Of a stretch of 24,774 nucleotides of DNA, positions 1 to 9,260 are shown piece after piece. This DNA comes from a virus (taxonomy: Duplodnaviria; Heunggongvirae; Uroviricota; Caudoviricetes): IMG/VR virus record IMGVR_UViG_2778261448_000010, positions 1-24,774 of that record, one strand, 5' to 3'. The notes beneath the pieces were generated by a model. It saw nothing but the letters and a program-made list of their open reading frames with translations. It was not told where the DNA came from and did not search any database. The translations under genes were made by a program, and so were the position numbers. The stretch's first letter is position 1, and each line of letters begins with the position of its first letter.

Positions 1-90
1 TCACTCTGCCAGATGGCGCAATGCCATCTGGTATCACTTAAAGGTATTAAAAACAACTTTTTGTCTTTTTACCTTCCCGTTTCGCTCAAG
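1..90. other. Bacterial chromosomal flank (B' side of the lambda attachment site)
   Basis: The sequence adjoining the core (reverse complement CTTGAGCGAAACGGGAAGGTAAAAAGACAA...) matches my recollection of the E. coli attB B' arm. No phage-like ORF is present; the minus-strand frame ending at 1-3 is only 8 codons. Confidence 0.6.
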
Positions 91-105
91 TTAGTATAAA
101 AAAGC
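91..105. other. attR: attR core (lambda-type common core, reverse complement GCTTTTTTATACTAA)
   Basis: The exact 15-bp lambda att common core is present as its reverse complement, with a lambda P-arm-like sequence on one side and attB-like sequence on the other (P-O-B' on the minus strand). Confidence 0.75.
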
Positions 106-250
106 TGAACCAGAAACAGAAAAAATCATTAATCTCAATCCATTACAATACATTTGGCTTAAAAAATAGACTGTATAATACTGCAAAACACAACATATCC
201 AGTCACTATGAATCAACTACTTAGATAGTATTAGTGACCTGTAACAGAGC
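106..250. other. attP P-arm remnant with Int arm-type/IHF/Xis binding region
   Basis: The reverse complement reads ...TCTGTTACAGGTCACTAATAC...CAGTCACTAT...GTTCAGC up to the core, closely resembling the lambda P arm including CAGTCACTAT-type arm sites. It is AT-rich. Confidence 0.65.
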
Positions 251-251
251 A

Positions 252-292
252 TTAGCGCAAGGTGATTTTTTGTCTTCTTGCGCTAATTTTTT
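252..292 (+). terminator. sib: sib/tI-like hairpin plus T-tract (lambda int retroregulator/terminator)
   Basis: Plus strand TTAGCGCAA-ggtgattttttgtcttc-TTGCGCTAA followed by TTTTTT. This is a perfect 9-bp inverted repeat with a U-tract, matching the lambda sib/tI sequence as I recall it, on the strand an int transcript would use. Confidence 0.7.
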
Positions 293-426
293 GTCATCAA
301 ACCTGTCGCACTCCAGAGAAGCACAAAGCCTTGCAATCCAGTGCAAAGCTTTGTGTGTCTCAGTTTTGTCTCATCAACTATAATATATTAATGGCATATG
401 ATTGATTATTAGAGAGTTACATTAAC

Positions 427-2559
427 TCACTTAAAAGGAGTGTTTATCCTAACAACTCTCAAATAAACATCTCTTATATTTTCACCTCCATTTGGCCTTA
501 AAACTGTTGCTGAAATAACTCCACTTTGTGAAGCAGATACTGTTGCGTTATATACTAATGAACTATTGAATTGTTGAGCGTGTATTTGCCTTGATGTTGT
601 TTCAATTTGCTCTCCGGCTCTCATCATAACTGCATGTTCTGAAAAACACCCGCCAGCACCAGTTGTTGTTGTCGCTGTAACCTCAACTCTATAGAAATAC
701 ATAGCAAGCGTACCTGAGTTTACTGAATTATTTGGAACTGGCACTTGTACGGTTATTGAGACTGGGCCGCTATCAACTCCTGTTGCCTGAGCACACCAGC
801 CAATTTCACCATTCTGAGATATTAATGTGAATATGCATCGATCTTTTGTCCCAGCGTTTACCTGATACGTTGTTGTATAGGTGGCACCATAGAAATGCTC
901 TACGGTTATGGCAGTACCGAAGTTCTCTCCCCAACCAGTCCATGAAGGCCAGATACTGGCATTGCTTTTAATGGCTACGCCATTATTGATGCACTTCAGA
1001 GACACTTTCCCATTATTACAAGAACTCAAGAGCACAGGGACTCCAGGAATGCTGTTCCTTAGTGTTATCTCAACATCCGGCTGCTCTGCGGTTACCAACA
1101 TTAGTGGCTCGACTGTTCTTGGAACCGTATTGAGCGGTATGTTAATCTCCATGTCGCGCACTCGCGTCCTTGTACCGCCACATAGAAATGCGCATACACC
1201 ACCTACATTAGCAGGAAGATAAAGTCGAACACCTTCAAAAGACAAATCAAAAACATCCGATTGAGAATTTGTGATGATTTGAATAAGGTGTATAGGGCCG
1301 TTAACGTTTTCTCCCGTAAAATTACTCTTACTGGTGATGTTTCTGTAAATACCACCTGTTCCTGATACTTTTGCCGCAAACACTGGTGTGTCCGTCATGG
1401 TGCAAACTAAACCATCAACAACACACCCTGTTGACCCCGTGAGTTGTAAAGTTACATTGCAGCCGCCGTATCTGTTAGATAGAAGATTTCCGAACTCACC
1501 ACAGTTTGTTATAGAACCACTAGTGTTATTGATATACATCAGGTGTGACGGACCATACGCACCGAAACTTTCGTCATGCCGCAATGTCCCATACACGTAC
1601 TCAATATTGCATCCTGCAAAGTTGTTAATAAGTGCGCATGAATAGTGTGTACAATAGATGTTAGAGAAGAGAGAGCCTCTAAAATCACCCTCATAACCAG
1701 AAACAAGGAAGTCGTAGCGATTATCGCTGGTTTCACCGACTGCCATCGCATTAATCAATTTGAAACGATACGCGTTTGAATTCATCCCGATAAAGCCACA
1801 GAACGCAGCTTCCCACGGGCGAGTAATTCCATAGCGAGTGGTTGTTGTGCCCCCCAAAGGATAGCCGCCTTTATAGACAGCATTAAATCCCATAATGGTC
1901 ACATCAGGATTCCTGTTCATGAAGACCAGAAATCCAGTTTTCTCATGAGTTATTTTAGCACCGTTAAAATCAATATATGCACCAGCGGGAGGAGTGATGA
2001 CATTTTCCTCATTCATCACCATACGATATGTGGAACCTCTCTTCATGAGGCATCTTCCAGTCATAATAGCATTAGTCACCGCCACTGTATCATCAGCTAC
2101 ACCATCTCCAATTGCTCCATATTGCTCTGGCGTTGCCCAATATGACAAACTATCCGCTACTGTACCAGCCAAGTATCCAATTTTAGTTGCACCATCTTCT
2201 TCAGACAGTTCACTTCGAAATTGATCAGGGTCGTACTTCAGCACATTCGGAAAATAGAACTGCTGCACACCGTACGCATCATAAACAGCCATAGAATGGC
2301 CTTGCACAGTTACGAACTTGGCAATCTGTCCGTTATATACAGGGTAACCAGCAGCGTTAATGATGATTGGTTGCGAAACAGGAACGTGAGAGCCGTCTTC
2401 GTTTTCCACATAAACCTGAATCTGGTTTTCAGGATGTACAGGGTCAGTGTCAATTTTTCCGATATAAATTTTGCCATTGGCTACGGCTTTAAAAGATCGC
2501 GCCATAGTGAAGAGTTGCGAAGGCATCGATACGATCACATTGGCTGTAATGTCTGTCAT
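427..2559 (-). CDS. Tailspike protein (P22 gp9-like head-binding domain, HK620-like length)
   Basis: The 710-aa ORF starts [13 protein letters not shown]...[19 protein letters not shown]...[12 protein letters not shown]...NVLKYDPDQ, matching the conserved N-terminal head-binding domain of P22 tailspike. The remainder differs from P22 gp9. 710 aa is the length I recall for the HK620 tailspike. RBS GGAG lies upstream of the ATG. Confidence 0.9.
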   Translation of the reverse strand: MTDITANVIVSMPSQLFTMARSFKAVANGKIYIGKIDTDPVHPENQIQVYVENEDGSHVPVSQPIIINAAGYPVYNGQIAKFVTVQGHSMAVYDAYGVQQFYFPNVLKYDPDQFRSELSEEDGATKIGYLAGTVADSLSYWATPEQYGAIGDGVADDTVAVTNAIMTGRCLMKRGSTYRMVMNEENVITPPAGAYIDFNGAKITHEKTGFLVFMNRNPDVTIMGFNAVYKGGYPLGGTTTTRYGITRPWEAAFCGFIGMNSNAYRFKLINAMAVGETSDNRYDFLVSGYEGDFRGSLFSNIYCTHYSCALINNFAGCNIEYVYGTLRHDESFGAYGPSHLMYINNTSGSITNCGEFGNLLSNRYGGCNVTLQLTGSTGCVVDGLVCTMTDTPVFAAKVSGTGGIYRNITSKSNFTGENVNGPIHLIQIITNSQSDVFDLSFEGVRLYLPANVGGVCAFLCGGTRTRVRDMEINIPLNTVPRTVEPLMLVTAEQPDVEITLRNSIPGVPVLLSSCNNGKVSLKCINNGVAIKSNASIWPSWTGWGENFGTAITVEHFYGATYTTTYQVNAGTKDRCIFTLISQNGEIGWCAQATGVDSGPVSITVQVPVPNNSVNSGTLAMYFYRVEVTATTTTGAGGCFSEHAVMMRAGEQIETTSRQIHAQQFNSSLVYNATVSASQSGVISATVLRPNGGENIRDVYLRVVRINTPFK

Positions 2560-2615
2560 TTAATTTGCTCCAGATACAAGGAATCGCCGCAGCGTAGCTA
2601 CGGTGAATTTTGGGC

Positions 2616-2642
2616 ATAAAAAAACCCAGCCGAAGCTGGGTC
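2616..2642 (-). terminator. Rho-independent terminator between antirepressor-like gene and tailspike
   Basis: Perfect hairpin CCCAGC-cgaa-GCTGGG (2625-2640), followed on the minus strand by a 7-U tract (plus-strand AAAAAAA at 2618-2624). Confidence 0.7.
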
Positions 2643-2659
2643 GTTGCGTTGGTTATCTG

Positions 2660-3590
2660 TCAGTAGTTATGTACTGAAGGAGGCAATTCTTTATTCTTAA
2701 GTCTCATCCATGCGGAAAGATTCGTTGGTCCGTCTGGCTCATTAATATCAACATCTCGTGTGTGGTTTATTAAAACGTCTCTCGCCATTCCGATAACATA
2801 CGAGAATTCATGACCGTAGTCGTAGCATCTGCCGGAATAGTTCGATTGAATTTGTTTTAGCGCCGGATACAGTTCGCGGAATAATGCCTGTGAGCGGTTG
2901 GCATAATCCCATAACCATACAAGGCTGTTTGCTTCTTTTGCAGAAAGCTCGTTGGTTTTCTTCTCTTGTTTGCCAATGAACTCACCTTCAAGTGGAACTC
3001 GAGCTGCAAGTGACAGTGCTTCGGTAAACTGCTCCTCACTGATTTCTTTGTACGAACATCCAAAATGGGATTTCAGTGACGACCACATGGTGATCATCGC
3101 CTTAGCCTGTTTTTCTTTTGGCAGAGACTGACCGCGACTCATGACGAGTTGTTTAATGGCTTCCTGCTGTTCAGTGGTGATTTTACCCGGCAACGCCTTT
3201 TTAGCTTTGCGTGGGTTAACTACATGGCCTTTAGTCCAGTACTCATAGAGCACATCGTCACACTCTTCCTGATACTGGATTACATTGTCGCGGATTTCAG
3301 GACGGACTTTGTTAGGGCTGATGGTTTGCAGCCAACCTGCAAGTTTGCGAAGTGCCAAACAAATAATCTCACGGCACTGTTCATCACCAGGAAGCTGCAT
3401 TGTGATTTTCACAATGGAGGTTTTAAACCGTTGCTTTATTTTCGTAAACTGTGAAGCCCAATCCATACCCATGCCTATCAACGATAGGTTTCATTGGGGT
3501 GTACGGTTCACCGTTGTGATTGACGACATAAAGCTCTGCGCCGTGGAATGGCACGTTGATAGTAGATACTGCCGTTGCTATACTTTTCAT
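2660..3590 (-). pseudogene. Antirepressor-like gene (P22 Ant N-terminal domain family) disrupted by a 1-bp frameshift
   Basis: A 55-codon ORF from ATG 3588-3590 ([38 protein letters not shown]...) ends at stop 3423-3425. The 273-aa track ORF (2660-3481, TTG start) continues the same domain in another frame ([14 protein letters not shown]...LPGDEQ...RKLAGWL...[12 protein letters not shown]...[15 protein letters not shown]). Removing the minus-strand A at about 3476 would fuse them into ...[16 protein letters not shown]... Confidence 0.6.
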
Positions 3591-3678
3591 GTCAGTTTTT
3601 CCTCAAAATTTACTGACGATTTAAGCCCGAGCTACTCGCAATAGGTTGTTTGATGGGTAAATCATGATTACTCCTTAT

Positions 3679-3700
3679 AAAAAACCCACCTGACGGTGGG
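3679..3700. terminator. Bidirectional intrinsic terminator-like hairpin downstream of the lipoprotein gene
   Basis: Hairpin CCCACC-tgac-GGTGGG (3685-3700) is flanked by AAAAAA on one side and TTTCATTTCTT on the other, giving a U-tract on both strands. Confidence 0.65.
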
Positions 3701-3709
3701 TTTCATTTC

Positions 3710-4141
3710 TTAATCTTGCTTCGTGGAAGGTATAAGAGATGCATTTGCCTCTTTTGGCTTCAATGTATACATCCCACCATTAAATGGATCAACAGCAAGC
3801 CAACCGATTAACCCACCAAACACAAGGTTTCCACCAATATACCAACCATTAGCATTGGCTTTGATTGGCAGGGTAACTGGTTCGTACCCATCCTTCTCCA
3901 TAGTGATCTGGTAGCTCTTTTTGCCAAAATAACTACCATCTGACTTGGCAAGAGTTACTCCTTGCGGGGTCTTACCTTGCGCAACAATCACGCCTGATTC
4001 GTCTTTTACCTTAAAGCTCGCACCGGAAGGGTTGCTGTTCACTTGCACAAGTTGCGTTTCATCACCAACAATAGTTGCGCACCCAGATAACATCATAGCA
4101 CCAGCAACGACGCCAATAATCCTCTTCATATCAATTTCCAT
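3710..4141 (-). CDS. Predicted outer-membrane lipoprotein with PEGA-like domain (moron; possible superinfection exclusion)
   Basis: The ORF has signal peptide MKRIIGVVAGAMMLSGC with lipobox LSGC, and Ala follows the Cys. The likely true start is the second ATG at 4127-4129. The central segment resembles a PEGA-type beta domain (...GKTPQGVTL...SYQITMEKDGYEPVTLPI) and the C-terminus is Gly-rich (GWYIGGNLVFGGLIGW). It has its own downstream terminator. Confidence 0.75.
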   Translation of the reverse strand: MEIDMKRIIGVVAGAMMLSGCATIVGDETQLVQVNSNPSGASFKVKDESGVIVAQGKTPQGVTLAKSDGSYFGKKSYQITMEKDGYEPVTLPIKANANGWYIGGNLVFGGLIGWLAVDPFNGGMYTLKPKEANASLIPSTKQD

Positions 4142-4246
4142 ATTTAAAAAACCGGAAACATCCTAATGACAAACCATTCAAATGTGAAGTAGGCAAAAGA
4201 TGTTTACTTTTTTCATGGTATCCTGCACAAAACTAAGGAGGTTGGC

Positions 4247-4570
4247 GTGTATACAACAGTTATCGTGATAGCTATCGCACTCATTGTGGTTCAGTACCAA
4301 CTGGCATCTTTAAAACAAAAGATATCTGACCTCAAGACTGAGAACGAAGCACTTAAAAACTCAATAAAAGATGAGAAGAACAAACTATCATTCACTATAT
4401 CTGATATTGAGCAATCCATTGAAATTATTGAGAATAATATTAACAGACTAAAAAAAGAAGATATTCATGAAATCAATGACAATATCAAGGATTTGAAATC
4501 TTGGCTTAGGAATGTAGGACAAATCGCCACATCAACACGAGATAAGCTCAATCCATCCATGGATGATTAA
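4247..4570 (+). CDS. Small bitopic membrane protein with N-terminal TM helix and coiled coil (moron of unknown function)
   Basis: This is the only convincing plus-strand gene. GTG start is preceded by a strong SD TAAGGAGG (4234-4241) with 5-nt spacing. The hydrophobic N-terminus is YTTVIVIAIALIVVQY, followed by a K/E/N-rich heptad-like region. Composition is visibly AT-rich relative to flanking structural genes. Its stop TAA (4568-4570) abuts the gp16 stop (4571-4573). Confidence 0.7.
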   Translation: MYTTVIVIAIALIVVQYQLASLKQKISDLKTENEALKNSIKDEKNKLSFTISDIEQSIEIIENNINRLKKEDIHEINDNIKDLKSWLRNVGQIATSTRDKLNPSMDD

Positions 4571-6697
4571 TTACTCCTGTGCTATTCCGCTTAGCGACGC
4601 TACAATGCCAGCCCTCGCTAAGCGATTGAACTCTTCGTTTCCAACTGCATCACGTATTGCTTTTACGGCGGCTTTATTTGCCATAAATCTGCGTTCCGCT
4701 GCCGCTAATGCTTCTTTGCTTCCGCCTGTTCTTACTGCTTTAGTGGCTTCCTGAACTGCTTTCTCTATCGCATACCGACCACTACGTGTGGTGGCAATTT
4801 TAGATACAGCGCCTTTTAACCCAGCGCCAACTAAAGCACCTGCGGCAGCGCCTGCAATGCCTCCTCCAGCGCCACCAACAATGGCACCTGATGTTGAGTT
4901 GGCAATTGCATTTAACACTGTTGATGTGACGTTGGATAAACCAGCATCCAGATCGCGTAGTACATTGGCAGTTCTCCCTGTTCTTTCAATATACTGCTGA
5001 GGTTTCACTGCTGCTCTTGCAAGAGTGCCATACGCATCAGCAATTCTTCCAAGCTCTGAGGAATATCTGCTAATGGCTTTTACATTTTGTGGAGTGAGTA
5101 TCTCTGCGATATGGTTAATTCCTGCTGCATCAGCTTTGCCACCACGTACACCATGCGAGATGGCATCCTGCAACATTGATGATATAGCAGGAACACGCTC
5201 TGATTCTGGCAGCGCGCGGATCATAGAATGGAATCCAGCAGGACCATTAAGGCCTTTAGCTGACGATGATTGAAGAGATTTTACTCCATTCGTAATCAGT
5301 GCATCTGTTGCCAAATCACGCCCAAAGACAGACTCTGCACTCTCTTGTGCGGATAACCTCGCTTTAGACAGATCATTAGCTTTTTGCCAGTCATCAAGAA
5401 ATCCGCCGTTTTCCGCCATTGTGCGCATATCATCAGTAATTGCCCGGCGTATTTCCCCTGCTCTCCTTGCCGCATTTGCCTCTCCGCTACGCTTATATTT
5501 TTGCTCCGCATCAGCAAATTTCGCTCTCCATGCTTTCATGCCATCAAATGTTACTCCACCTTGATTGTTTGCCTGAACAAACTGTTTCATTTCAGGAGTA
5601 AGCGGTATGCCAGCAGATCGCTCTGCCTGAATAACGGCATTACCATTTAGCATTCTTGCTTTTTGATTTGGCATTGTTGACCGCACGTCATCCCATGCCG
5701 CGCGCTCGGCATCCTTCATCTGATCAAGATTTTGAAGAATCCTTTGTTTTATAGCCGCACTTTTTTCTGATGCCGTTCCAGATGCGGCCCCAAATTCATC
5801 AAGGTTTCGACTTAACTTTGATGATATTTCGTTAAATGCTGCCTGATGGGCGTCCTGAACAATTCCTGGTGTTGATGCCAATGCTCCTTCGGCTTGTGCA
5901 ATTCCACGACTTCCAGATCGCATTCCTGGTGTTAATGCGTTTATATCAATTCCAGCAGACTCAGCCGCTTTTGCTACATCTTCGGACACATTAGCGGCCT
6001 GACTGGCAATTGACTGACGCCCAGCACCTGACTTTGCCATCCTGGAAACATCATTAGCAGAATTCAGTGCTGCACCACCAAGAGCCTGTGAAACCCTTGG
6101 CGCAATAACGCGCCCAAAACCTGAAAGAACGCCTTGAGCGCCAATATTGATACCACCGTTAATGGCAGCATTTTGTGCAAAGTCGCCCTCCTGATTTGCA
6201 GCATCAGCAAGAGAACCTGCAATCATGTTTCCTGCGGAACCGATGTCTCCTGCGAGCTTTGCTGGCGCTCCAGCAGCTTTTGCCGCTGTGCCAATTGGCA
6301 GGAGATACCCACCAATTGTTTCACCAGCTTGCGCGTAAGGGTCTGTCGGTCTGTCTACTGGACGATAAACATCATCCAAAACCTTGGGGCCACCAAGCCC
6401 CTGACTGATTGCATTAATCAGACTTGCGCCACCCTGCAATACGTCAAATGGTATGTTTACCAGACCACGACCAGCCTGTTCTGCAATTTGCCCTGCACTT
6501 TGACCACCAGTGAGCCAATCGCCAGCTTTTTGCATCAATGATGGTTCTTCACGTGCTGGTTCATTGCTATCCTGGCTGACAGTTTGTTGCTGAACAGACT
6601 GTCCAGCAAAATACTCATCAATGGCAGATCCAATATCTTCCGTGCTCGTACCATCAGGGAAGGTAAATGTCTTACCGTTTGCAGTTACTTTCATCAT
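4571..6697 (-). CDS. Ejection (E) protein gp16-like
   Basis: The 708-aa ORF begins [33 protein letters not shown], matching the P22 gp16 N-terminus as I recall it. It sits after gp20 in the conserved order 7-20-16. Confidence 0.85.
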   Translation of the reverse strand: MMKVTANGKTFTFPDGTSTEDIGSAIDEYFAGQSVQQQTVSQDSNEPAREEPSLMQKAGDWLTGGQSAGQIAEQAGRGLVNIPFDVLQGGASLINAISQGLGGPKVLDDVYRPVDRPTDPYAQAGETIGGYLLPIGTAAKAAGAPAKLAGDIGSAGNMIAGSLADAANQEGDFAQNAAINGGINIGAQGVLSGFGRVIAPRVSQALGGAALNSANDVSRMAKSGAGRQSIASQAANVSEDVAKAAESAGIDINALTPGMRSGSRGIAQAEGALASTPGIVQDAHQAAFNEISSKLSRNLDEFGAASGTASEKSAAIKQRILQNLDQMKDAERAAWDDVRSTMPNQKARMLNGNAVIQAERSAGIPLTPEMKQFVQANNQGGVTFDGMKAWRAKFADAEQKYKRSGEANAARRAGEIRRAITDDMRTMAENGGFLDDWQKANDLSKARLSAQESAESVFGRDLATDALITNGVKSLQSSSAKGLNGPAGFHSMIRALPESERVPAISSMLQDAISHGVRGGKADAAGINHIAEILTPQNVKAISRYSSELGRIADAYGTLARAAVKPQQYIERTGRTANVLRDLDAGLSNVTSTVLNAIANSTSGAIVGGAGGGIAGAAAGALVGAGLKGAVSKIATTRSGRYAIEKAVQEATKAVRTGGSKEALAAAERRFMANKAAVKAIRDAVGNEEFNRLARAGIVASLSGIAQE

Positions 6698-8100
6698 TCC
6701 ACCGTAAATTGAATGCCTGATTTTGAGGTATATGATCCAACCTGATTCCGTGGTTCTCCTGAAGGTATCGAATCTTGTGCTGGCGCTGCGTCAGTATTCA
6801 ATGACATATACCGCTTAACAGCACTCCCCAATGATTCACCTTTTTTAACATCCAACCCCAATATCTGACCGCCATTACGCGATTGTCCAGGGTTGCCATT
6901 CGCGCTCATCCACTCAGCTTTAAACTCATTAAACTGCGCGTTTCGTCGCTCAAGGTTTGCCATTGCATCAAGCCATCTTGCGACCGTCTCAGGGTTATCC
7001 ATGTCAGTTGGCGCACCCTGTCTAACGATCTCAACGTCTTTATCCGTTGCTGGGCCGGGAGGTAGGAATTTAAGAACCTGACTGTTAACAAGGGCATTTT
7101 GGCGAATGCGCAAATCACGCAATGTCGTATCGCTTCCGGTAAGTTTTGCGAACATGTTCTGTGCGTTACCGAACAAACCTGTCGTTGGTTTTTCTGCTCT
7201 GAACTGTTGAGCAAGCGCACTCATAGAATTGGCTGAGTTTGATGATGCTGTGGCATTGTTTACAGCCGTCTCGATGCCTTTTTCCATGTTTACTGACAGC
7301 TTAGGTGCTTCGCTAATCAACTGCTGAGCCTTTTCCTGCGCTTGCTGCATCTTAAACCCGAACTCTTGCTGATCCAGAGCCAAGCGTTGTGCTGCGATAT
7401 TGTGCCCAGTCATTGCTGACTGATAGGAAAGGTTTTGCCCTCTCGCCTGAAGTGCTTCTCCGGCCTGATTGCTGCGGATTGTCTCTGCCAGCCTGCCTCG
7501 GTCAATCTCACGACCAGCCATCTTGTCCTGAACATTGAAGTAGTCAATCGGACCAAGAGCAGCCATTCCAAGGTGATCAACAAACTCACCAAATCCTGAA
7601 GGGTTCTGCTGATACATCTGAGCAACACTGTTAGGGTCAACACCGACGCGAGTCAGTTCCTTGGCGTTGTTTTGCAGCCATGATTGCATTGCTTCTGGAG
7701 ACGATGACGCAAGGCGTGCGCCAGCCGCTAAGGTGCCGATAGAATTACGCTGGTCTTCATCAATGAATCCCATGCCTTTACGAACGGATTCAATCTGGTC
7801 TGGATATTGAGTAGCCAACTGACGCAAAGCACCGCGATCACCAGACGCATAAGCATTAGCGTATGCCTGCTGAAATTCTTTCTGCCGCTGAGCCTGCTTT
7901 TCCTGCTGAAACACCCCCGCAATACCTGAAAGGCCTTGCAAAGCAGTCAGCCCAACATTGTTAGCGCCTGAACGCTCAATATCATTGTTCTGCCTAATAA
8001 GTTGAAGCGTATTGCCGATGTCATTTACGCTCGGAGCGTTTGAGTTGACGCCGCCGATACCAGCCAACAATCCGCCGTTTGTTCCTTGCCAAGTAGCCAT
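6694..8100 (-). CDS. Ejection (E) protein gp20-like
   Basis: The 468-aa ORF ([17 protein letters not shown]...) has the size and position of P22 gp20; its start overlaps the gp16 region. Confidence 0.8.
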   Translation of the reverse strand: MATWQGTNGGLLAGIGGVNSNAPSVNDIGNTLQLIRQNNDIERSGANNVGLTALQGLSGIAGVFQQEKQAQRQKEFQQAYANAYASGDRGALRQLATQYPDQIESVRKGMGFIDEDQRNSIGTLAAGARLASSSPEAMQSWLQNNAKELTRVGVDPNSVAQMYQQNPSGFGEFVDHLGMAALGPIDYFNVQDKMAGREIDRGRLAETIRSNQAGEALQARGQNLSYQSAMTGHNIAAQRLALDQQEFGFKMQQAQEKAQQLISEAPKLSVNMEKGIETAVNNATASSNSANSMSALAQQFRAEKPTTGLFGNAQNMFAKLTGSDTTLRDLRIRQNALVNSQVLKFLPPGPATDKDVEIVRQGAPTDMDNPETVARWLDAMANLERRNAQFNEFKAEWMSANGNPGQSRNGGQILGLDVKKGESLGSAVKRYMSLNTDAAPAQDSIPSGEPRNQVGSYTSKSGIQFTVE

Positions 8101-8109
8101 GATTACCCC

Positions 8110-8802
8110 TTAAAACAACGAGCCAAGCAATCCGATACCAGCACCAATGCCAGCGCCCCAAGGTGTTGATGTTCCCAAAAGGCTGGCAAGACCTGCACCG
8201 GCAATCGCACCAGACGTTCCGCCACTAATTGCAGTCTGAAGACTTGATGGTTTATTGGCATTAGCAGCGGCAAGAGCTGCGCTTTGCTGTGCAATGCTGC
8301 TCATGTTGTTGGCGTACGTCTGCCCGGCGTTTGCCTGACCTTGCAGCGCACCAAGCCCAACGTTTGCCAGATTGTTGTAATTGCTCATCTGGTTTGATAA
8401 CCAAGACTGACCGAGTGTCGGCGCGATCGTAGCCAGTTGATTGCTTATGGCTGTCGAACCAAGTCCGCCAGTCGCTTCCGCAGCAGCAAGACTCTGGTAA
8501 CGAGCCTGACCTGCAAGGTCTTTATACTGCTGAGAATTGTAATACTGATTAAGTGCCTGTCCCTGACCTTCTAAACTGGAAAGATTCTGAAGCTGGTTAA
8601 CATACTGCTCCGCAAGCGGCGTGAACGGAGCAAGGTTTTTCATGATCGTCTGCCACTGCTGATTTTGCAGGTCTGCGGCATACTTCTGAGCTTCTGCGGC
8701 ATACTTTGCGCTTTTATCAGAACTGCCACCTTTCCCGCCTTTTTCAGGGCAATAAGGTTCCTCGCCGCGCAGTTTTCTGCCCATCTTAAATGCATATAAC
8801 AT
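8110..8802 (-). CDS. Ejection (E) protein gp7-like
   Basis: The 230-aa ORF MLYAF.MGRKLRGEEP..PEKGGKGGSSDKSA.YAAEAQKYAADLQNQQWQTIMKNL... closely matches P22 gp7 (229 aa) as I recall it. Confidence 0.85.
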   Translation of the reverse strand: MLYAFKMGRKLRGEEPYCPEKGGKGGSSDKSAKYAAEAQKYAADLQNQQWQTIMKNLAPFTPLAEQYVNQLQNLSSLEGQGQALNQYYNSQQYKDLAGQARYQSLAAAEATGGLGSTAISNQLATIAPTLGQSWLSNQMSNYNNLANVGLGALQGQANAGQTYANNMSSIAQQSAALAAANANKPSSLQTAISGGTSGAIAGAGLASLLGTSTPWGAGIGAGIGLLGSLF

Positions 8803-8804
8803 GG

Positions 8805-9260
8805 CTATCTCCCGTGATTCAGGAAGTCGATTAGTTCTTCGCGTGTGGCGCTGTAAAACGTCACGTCATCCACGCCTTTAAAGTATTTCTTGATGGTTCC
8901 GACACGCTTAAGGCCAATCATTGCGCAGTAAATCTGCCCGTGGCGGAATTTGCGTGCGGCGAACGATGTGACGCACTGAACGGTGGTGTTAGTCAGAATG
9001 TATTTCCAGAACTCCAGCCCGATTTCCTTGCTGAATCCACGAATCTCTGGCAGGTACATGGCGTGGCAATCGAATGTCAGCGGCTGAATCTCCTGATAGT
9101 AAACAATGCCGCCGAACTGCCCGTGCACGTTCACCTCAAAGTAACGGCATTCAGGTTTGTAGTCGTATCCATCACCGTTGTTGCTCCCGGCAATAATGTC
9201 AGGGTGATTTCCGACTGCTTCTATCAGGTCGATGTTTCGCGTTGGTTTGAACTGAATCAT
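8805..9260 (-). CDS. gp14-like virion/DNA-ejection assembly protein
   Basis: The 151-aa ORF lies between tail needle and gp7, the position of P22 gene 14. Confidence 0.65.
   Translation of the reverse strand: MIQFKPTRNIDLIEAVGNHPDIIAGSNNGDGYDYKPECRYFEVNVHGQFGGIVYYQEIQPLTFDCHAMYLPEIRGFSKEIGLEFWKYILTNTTVQCVTSFAARKFRHGQIYCAMIGLKRVGTIKKYFKGVDDVTFYSATREELIDFLNHGR

Noticed and set aside
1-30. Possible 3' end of a chromosomal gene on the minus strand ending at 1-3
   Set aside because: The in-frame stretch is only 8 codons before an upstream stop, so no gene end is supported within the window.
3710-4141. First ATG (MEIDM...) as the lipoprotein start
   Set aside because: There is no RBS before it, whereas the second ATG gives a canonical signal peptide beginning MKR. 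The track coordinates are kept but the shorter start is noted.
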